Assembly: GCA_043228905.1 (NCBI GenBank)
Contig: JBHGNT010000001.1
Coordinates: forward strand, 16,802,001-16,866,000
Length of the DNA stretch: 64,000 nt
Direction: 5' to 3'
From: Azolla caroliniana
Taxonomy: Eukaryota; Plantae; Polypodiophyta
Numbering within the stretch: position 1 is the first letter of the stretch; every line of letters begins with the position of its first letter. Made by a program: the position numbers and the translations under genes. Below the pieces are notes generated by a model. That model saw only the letters and a program-made list of their open reading frames with translations, did not search any database and was not told the DNA's origin. This document shows, piece by piece, positions 56,841-64,000 of this stretch.

Positions 56841-59800
56841 ATGGAAAATCAACCGGAGGCTAACAACATGATGATGATGTTCGAGTGGATGCTTCAGGAA
56901 CAACGTGCGATGTCGGAGATAGTGGCGGCAGTAGAGCGGCTCGTGCAACGGATCGGGCAATTCAACAGAAAGGACGTATCACGCTATCTTCAGGACTACA
57001 AGGCGGAAATGCTGCGGTGCGGGATTTCGGAAGGACTGCAAGTGGCATCCTTCAACCGGGTGGCTGCCGACGGGCTTCAAGGAAGTATCCACAGGCTACG
57101 ACAACAAAATCCGACGTGGGAAGCGTTTGAAGAGGCGCTAAAGACCACGTTCGCTATTGAGGACTCCTCCAAGGCAACGCGGAAAGAATTCGAGGATTGG
57201 GTAGAAACGCCGGACAAGGGGATGAAGGTCCTCGATGTGTTTTCGGCATTCGAAAGTCAGTTCGGGAGGTTGTCTGCGAGAGATGAAGCTATCCTCGCAC
57301 CGAACAAAGTTATCATGTTCTTACGAGCCGTAGATATCCGGGACCGGAAGGAACTTGGAGTGCTTCTAGAGGACACAAATACCGAGAGTGGCCTCACCGA
57401 AACATGGGAAAGCGTGCGGGATATCGTCGCGCGATACACAAAGAGGGGGCAATGGCTTGCCAACGAAGAAAAGAGGGTTTCGGAACCGATTCCGAAACCG
57501 AGATCTGGATCGGAAGACCATCAACCGCAGGCTCGGGAAGCTACGACTGAGAAGGGAATCGACGCAACTACGGTGGAGCAGTTGCTGAAGGAGATGGAGA
57601 ATCTAAAAATCGCGATGGTGAAGAAGTCGGATGACCGTCCCACAAGTTCCAAGTATATGGACCGTCGATGCATATGATGCGATAGCACCGAACATGATCG
57701 GAGGGATTGTGACGAGCACAAGGAAGCGCTACGACAGGATCTTATCTACTACGAGGGAAATCGGATTCATTCGATGGACTCTTGGAAGCCGCTCCGACCG
57801 AACTTCCGAAAAGGCGGCATGAAGAAGGTCCTAGAGGAGGAAATAGCGGCGAAGAACAATTACGCGACAACCGTGGGAATACATGTCAGGAAGTGATCGG
57901 GAGCAAAGGTGTCTTTTTGGCCGAAAGTGCTAGAAAACACTGAGAAAACCGACTCTAACGAGATCCAAAGCACTGCGGAAGGCATCCGCGAAGCTACGGG
58001 ATGGGAGTGCCCCATCGACAAGAATAGCGTGTTTGCTTTATGCCAATTGCATGAAGTGTATGTAGATGAGAAGCGACGGCGCACGGATGAGGCGGCCGGT
58101 CCATCGAAGACACCGGAAAGCTAGAACTCCGGAGGTAAGGGAAAAGAAAAGATGATTCCGGCATTCAAGCTCGCCTCGGACATCGAACAACAAACGGACT
58201 TGAAAAAGCTGTTCGAGGAGAGAATCCTTGATACCCGGGTAGATTTTTCGCTTCGAGAATTACTCGAAATAGCGAAGAAGGAGTTCCACGATCTTCTTGT
58301 GGATCTCGTGAAGAGAAAAAGGAAAACTATGGAGGAGAACGCTCCAAGGGTGAATGCAAATACCGTTCTAATGAATGACACCGAATTGGAGGACGAAATA
58401 CCGAATTCTCACTACACAAAGCCACACTGGGCACGCGCAACTACGGAGACTCCGGTCCGAATCGGTAACATCAAAGAACCCGTGCTAGCATTGATTGATC
58501 ACTGATCGGAGATCAACTTGATGTTCAAGGAATTCTACCGGAAGGGTAAGTGGCCTATTAACACGAATCATGGGTGGAAGATCCGGGCGGCCACTAAAGC
58601 AACGGAAGATCTATTTGCGGCTTGTCCGAATGTGACGGTGAAGATCGGGGATGTAGAGATCAACCAAAATTTCTTCGTACAAGATGAGGTCTCACACTCC
58701 GTGATCCTCGGGCAACCTTTTATCATGGCATCACGGATGGAGACAAAGGTGCTCGATAGCGGTGCGGCTTTTGCACGAATTCGGAGCCAAAACGGAGGGA
58801 AATCCGTCCAATTCCTAACGGTGCTAGCAAATCATGAAAGGAACAAGAGAGAGCTCTTGTCCCAAACAAGAATGGATTTTTAGAGCGGATTGTTGTGGAG
58901 TGGGGAAGTGATAGTCCGAGAAGCCTTGATACCCCACACAGGACGAAACCTCTCGGTGCAAAACAAGTACAAATCGGTCCGGATTGGGCATCCATGTACA
59001 CGGCCGTAACCGGAGGAATGAAGAAAGAATACCGAAAAGTGGAGGATAAGTTACGGTCGGCATCAATAATAAAAGAAGACGAAGAAATCGTGGGAATAGT
59101 CGAAGAGGTGTTCTATGGGAGCACACTACAACGGCTTGAAGAGCTCGCGGAAGATACAAACCAGGGAAACCGGGTAATTCCGGTGGAGTCGGTCAAGATG
59201 TACGAGATCATTGTGAAAATGGGGCCGGATGCGCTCCGCAAAAAAGAAGCAATGGTAAGTACGAAATACAAGACCGTGGAGAAGAAAGTGAAACTGGCCG
59301 CGGGACCGTTACCCGCATATAGCAAACAAAAGAGGAAAGAAGTCTCGGGGGATCCGACACTTCGGAAGTCCATGGATATCGGACAAGCCTTCACGGATGA
59401 GACCCGGAAGAAACTTCGGATCGGCGGAGGTGGGTTCCTATTAAAGAATGAATAAGAACGATTCCGTGGGATGCTAGAGCGACATTGGAGAGCATTTGCA
59501 TTTACATCGAAAGAAATAGGATGCGTTGACCCGAAGATAGTGGAGCCGATGGTGATCTTTACGATTGACCATGTGCCGGGGAACCTGAAGCCGATTCCGG
59601 TGCCACGGGCGCATATTCCGAAAATCATCGACTTGCTCAAGGAGAAGATGGCGATGGGGATTCTAGAGCCATCAAATGCTCCATACTCAAATCAATGGTT
59701 TACGGTTCCGAAGAAGAATGGGTCACTCCGATTTATTCAAGATTTGCAATCGGTAAACAAGGTCACAATCCGGAACTCCGGAGTCAGTCTGGTAGTGGAC

Positions 59801-62400
59801 GAATTTGCGGAAGCATTTGCCGGTCGCGTGATATACTCCATCGCAGACCTATACTCCGGATATGACCAATTCCAACTAGCTATGAAGAGCCGAGACATCA
59901 CTACCATGCGGACACCGATAGGATTAGTCCGGATGTGTACGCTACCACAAGGCGCGACGAACTCAGTCGCACATATGATGAATGCAATGAACAAGGTGCT
60001 CCAGGATTGCATATCGGAGATAACAATGCCGTTCCTAGATGACATTCCGATGAAAGGGTGCGCGTTGGAAGAAAAAGATGAAGTTGTGGATGAACGGGGA
60101 TGCCGAAGGTTTGTAGTCAACCATATCCATGATTGTGAGAAAGTGTTACGGAAGTTAGAAGATGTGCATCTAACACTTTCCAGAGAGAAATCGGCATTCG
60201 GACAAGAAGAAATATTGGTAATCGGACATCTATGTGGGCCCTACGGCCGAAGACCGTCACCAACCAAGATCGATGCGATTCAAGCTATGAAAGAAGTATG
60301 CGAGTCACAATCCGAAGTTTGAAGGTTTCTTGGAGCATGTGCATTCTACCACATATGGATTCCGCACTATGCACATATAGTGGACCCACTCTATCACTTG
60401 TTGCGGAAGGGTAAGAAGTTTGAATGGAAACCGGAGCATAGCAAAGCCGTGAAGAAGCTCAAGAAATCACTACGGAGGACAGAAGCACTAAAGAAGCCGA
60501 ACTATGACCAACCGATCATAGTAACAGTTGACACAAGTCCAACCAGAATCGGATGGGTCATCAATCAAGCCGATCCGGAAGGTTCACGATATCCGATCCG
60601 ATTCGGAGCTAAGGTTCTCAACGAAAGGCAACGCGGATATGCACAAGTTAAAAGAGAATTATGGGGAGTCATGTCGGCAATCAAATCGGATCGAGATTAT
60701 TTGATCGGAGCCTAAGTAGTGATAAAAACGGATTGTCTTCCGATACTCGGGATGATGCGGTGTTGCATGATACCGGATGTGGCTATGCTAAGATGGATTA
60801 CATATGTTAAGTCACTTAATCCGGAGGTAAGACACATCTCTGGAAAAGACAATGTTGTAGCGGATATGCTATCAAGGGCGCGGTTCGGAGATGACATAAC
60901 CGAATCCGATAATGAAGAAGTTTCCGAAGAATACTTTGCTTTGGAGCACATATGCCGGGTGAACGTAATCCGCGAATTCCGGGAAGAAGAATACGAGGGA
61001 GAAAGCTTGCTGATCGGGAAAGTGCTACAAGAAATCGAGGAATCGAGGAAAATAAAGAGAAGAGAGCCGAGATCCAAAGTAAGAAGCGGCAAGTTCGAAA
61101 GTTCTTCTTGAAAAACAGATTACTATGGAGGGAGCCAAAAAGACCGGATGCCATACCACTTCGAGTAGTCAGGACAAAAGAGCAACGAAACCGGATAATG
61201 TCCGAATTTCACGAATCTGATTGGGCTGGACATCGGGGAACATGGGCAACATTTGGGAAGATCAAGCAAAGATATTGGTGGAAGAATATGTACAAAGATG
61301 TCGCGGAGTTCACGGAAAGCTGCGAGAAGTGTCAAATCTACTCCGGAGTTCGACACCGAGATGAGTTACATCCGACATTCTCACTGACAATCAACTTTAA
61401 ATGGATGGTCGACATTGTAGCCATGCCAACCAGGATCGGACAAAAGAAGTACTTGGTGCTAGCTCGGGAAGATCTCACAAATCAAGTAGAAGGTCAGACG
61501 CTACAAAGAAAAACGTGTTCTGCGGTATGTCAATTTCTTTTGGAAGAAGTGTTTTGCAGGTACGGGTGCATAGGACAAGTGATTGCGGATCGGGGAGAAC
61601 TTGACTCTGATAAAGCTAGGAGATTCTTCGCCAAACAGGGAGTTCGGTTAACACTAACAACAGCATACAATCCGGAAGCCAACGGGAAGGTCGAGCGAGG
61701 ACATAGTCCGATCGTCAAAGCACTTGCCAAAGCATGCGACGGAAGGGTGAAGGATTGGCCGCAAATGCTTCCGTATGCACTATGGGCGGATCGGACGACG
61801 CATAGCTCCGTAACCGGTTACATGCCGGCAGAACTCATGACCAGACAAGCACCGGTAATGCCGATGGAAACCGCAATCGCAACATGGACAATGCTACCAT
61901 GGAAGGAAGAGATGAGTCAGGAAGAAATACAAGCGGTCCGGATACGACAACTGGAGGGAAGACCGGAAGACATAGCGGAAGCAATACGCCGACAACAAGA
62001 AGCGCGATTCCGGAATAAAAGCCGGTTCGACACAAAGCACCGACTACAACCGCGGAAGATTGAAGAAGGAGATTGGGTGATTGTCTACGATAGTAGTTTG
62101 GATCATCAACATACAACGATGCGGAAGTTCGCGAAAAGGTGGTTTGGGCCATACGAGGTTCGGAAAGTTTTCGACAACGGAACTTACCGACTATGTGAGT
62201 TGGATGGAACAATGCTACGAGTGCCTATAGCCGGGAAATGGGTGAAGATTTTCAAGAAGCGGATTGATGAAGAACCCTATGTGATCCTAGAGAAGACCAA
62301 CCAGAAAGATCGCGGTGATGCGGAAAGCAAAGAAAGTGGATTAGAACTCATAGTCGACTTAAGGAGAGAATCAGAGGAAGCTTCGGATGAAGGTGAATAG
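56841..62400 (+). pseudogene. pol: J gag-pro / pol with several stops
   Basis: ORF pieces highly similar to the H proteins. Confidence 0.93.
58874..58937 (+). promoter_or_regulatory. -1 frameshift signal of J
   Basis: G GAT TTT TAG; pol frame is -1 relative to ORF1; same stem and pseudoknot as H. Confidence 0.75.
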
Positions 62401-62775
62401 CAAGCATCGGGGACTTCGGCACATACCGGAGGATGTGCGGGTTAGGAGGGGGCGAGTGTCGTAGTGTAATTCGCACACTACGTAAAAAATTACATTTTTG
62501 GTCTCTCCGGATAGGACATGGAGTACCCGGTGAGAACCAAAAGAAGGAACCGGTAAGGACCGAAACCGGTAAGGAGACCTGGCAAGAGCCGGATGAAGAA
62601 GGCTGGTGAGAGTCGGTGAGAAACGGACGAAGAGATCGGTAAGGAGGTCCCGGTAAGAACCGGACAAAGAAAACTAGCAAGCACCGGATGAAGCAGAACC
62701 GGAAAGAGCCGGATGAAGAAGGCCGGTGAGAGTCTCTCACCGGATGAAGAGACATATTTGTAAATAGAAGAAAGT

Positions 62776-62875
62776 AAATATATATATATATATATATATT
62801 ACATGCATAGGGCAAGATTCGAACCTTGCACCTCCATGTTAATAATGTTAAGCCTTATCATTATACTAGCATATT
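62776..62875 (-). ncRNA. tRNA-like Pol III cassette in J 3' LTR (antisense)
   Basis: Same as 56220-56318. Confidence 0.5.
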
Positions 62876-64000
62876 ATGAATTTTAAAGTTATACTAAACT
62901 TTATCCCATGTAAAATTTCTAGACATGCATGGTACAAAAAGTTATTTATGCATAAACACTCGAGTTAAAAGAAAAGATGAGATAGAAAGCTAATCATGCA
63001 CATGCAGTGTGCATGAAAACTAAAGATAGGAAAAGCATGATGCTTGCATGTGATAAACTTAGACTCTTCCAACACTATATAAGGAAGAGAGAAAGATGTA
63101 TAGAGTTGTTGATTATTTTTACAAGGGTTGATTAATATAATATAATCGTGGGATCCACGAGTTTGCTAACTATTTTCCTCTCTTAATTTGAGTACTCACT
63201 AATACAATATACTCGTGGGATTCACAAGTTTTTCATATCTTTCTTTCTTACAATATATTTCATATTCTTAATTGCCTTAGAATTTTCTTTCCTCCTAGTC
63301 CAAAACCCCAGCAGTTCCCACCCGACTCACGCAACGATCCGGAGCCGCAAGGCACGACAACGGTTTAGATGGACTGGACCGTACTGGATCACACACGAGT
63401 TCAATGGGTCTTACCAGTTAGGGACACTTGCCGGCGAGGTGTTGGGTAAATGGGTCAACGGATTTATACTAAAGCCATACAAAGGACCGATGCCCAAGAA
63501 CCCATTTGAACGAAGGGCCGACACCAAATTGGACACCGGCAGGCCAACCAAGATGGCAACCTGTGAGGAAATCGGCTACCACCAAGCCGGTAAGGAGGAG
63601 CACGAGCGAGCAACCGGGGAGAGCAAGACGACAGCAAACCATCAAGAGGCCGGCAAGGTGCGCGTTTCGGGTAAGGGTCCAACAGGACTGGAGAAAAATT
63701 AACTGCACAAGTAATTTCAAAAAAAAAAAATCGAATCAAAGAAATCATGGAAAGGAGTGGTGGGAACGGCCATGCAAACGAGGAGTAAAGAGGCACTTCA
63801 AAAAGGTACGAGGAGGCTATGAATAGGGCATTAAAACAACGCCACATGGCACATAATGCTATTATAGTACACAACCTACACACGAGTAGGCTCGAAAAAG
63901 GCGCCAAGATGCAGAGAGAAAAACCCCCACCCATCGAGACCTTCTTCTTTCGCGAACCAAGGAGAACAAACGCAGACAGACGTGTGAAGATCAATCGAAG

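Larger units (their letters stand above)
55901..63359 (+). mobile_element. tRNA-Trp-primed gypsy J, full length, degenerate
   Basis: LTRs 55901-56802 and 62457-63359; TSD ACGG; PBS TGGTGAACCCGAC from 56807; colinear with H. Confidence 0.96.
51104..64000 (+). mobile_element. Athila-like non-chromovirus gypsy K, interrupted by J, 3' end outside window
   Basis: LTR about 51104-51415 (TGTTACCCG..CGGGTTATA, TATA box); [28 protein letters not shown]; integrase resumes at 63360. Confidence 0.85.

Noticed and set aside
63439-64000. env-like extra ORF after K integrase
   Set aside because: Only short ORFs, truncated by the window edge, with no supportable motif

Overview
Eukaryotic repeat-dense region with no recognisable intact host gene. 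It is most likely from a seed-free land plant (inferred from the element lineages). About 90% is nested LTR retrotransposons, labelled A-K here. Ty1/copia: A (1-4297), its sister A' (14414-27088, minus), Tnt1-like C nested in A', fragment D beside a 100-N gap, and remnants E and F. Chromodomain Ty3/gypsy: B1 (6593-13617, complete, TG..TA ends) and B2 (5'-truncated). K is an Athila-like gypsy. A tRNA-Trp-primed gypsy lineage contributes H (38438-45715, near-intact), J (55901-63359), I (fragment) and G (gag-only derivative). The background has a fold-back MITE and a probable decayed LINE. The Trp-primed lineage is the most interesting: H and J carry an antisense tRNA-like A-box/B-box cassette in U3 of all four LTRs, insertions show 4-bp ACG(T/G) target sites, and H, J and I share a GGAUUUU + pseudoknot -1 frameshift between gag-pro and pol. 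Also notable: a hairpin-repeat array in the chromovirus leader, an LTR chimeric at the predicted transcription start, and a conserved stem enclosing the copia PPT. All coordinates were read by eye; no searches or folding were run.
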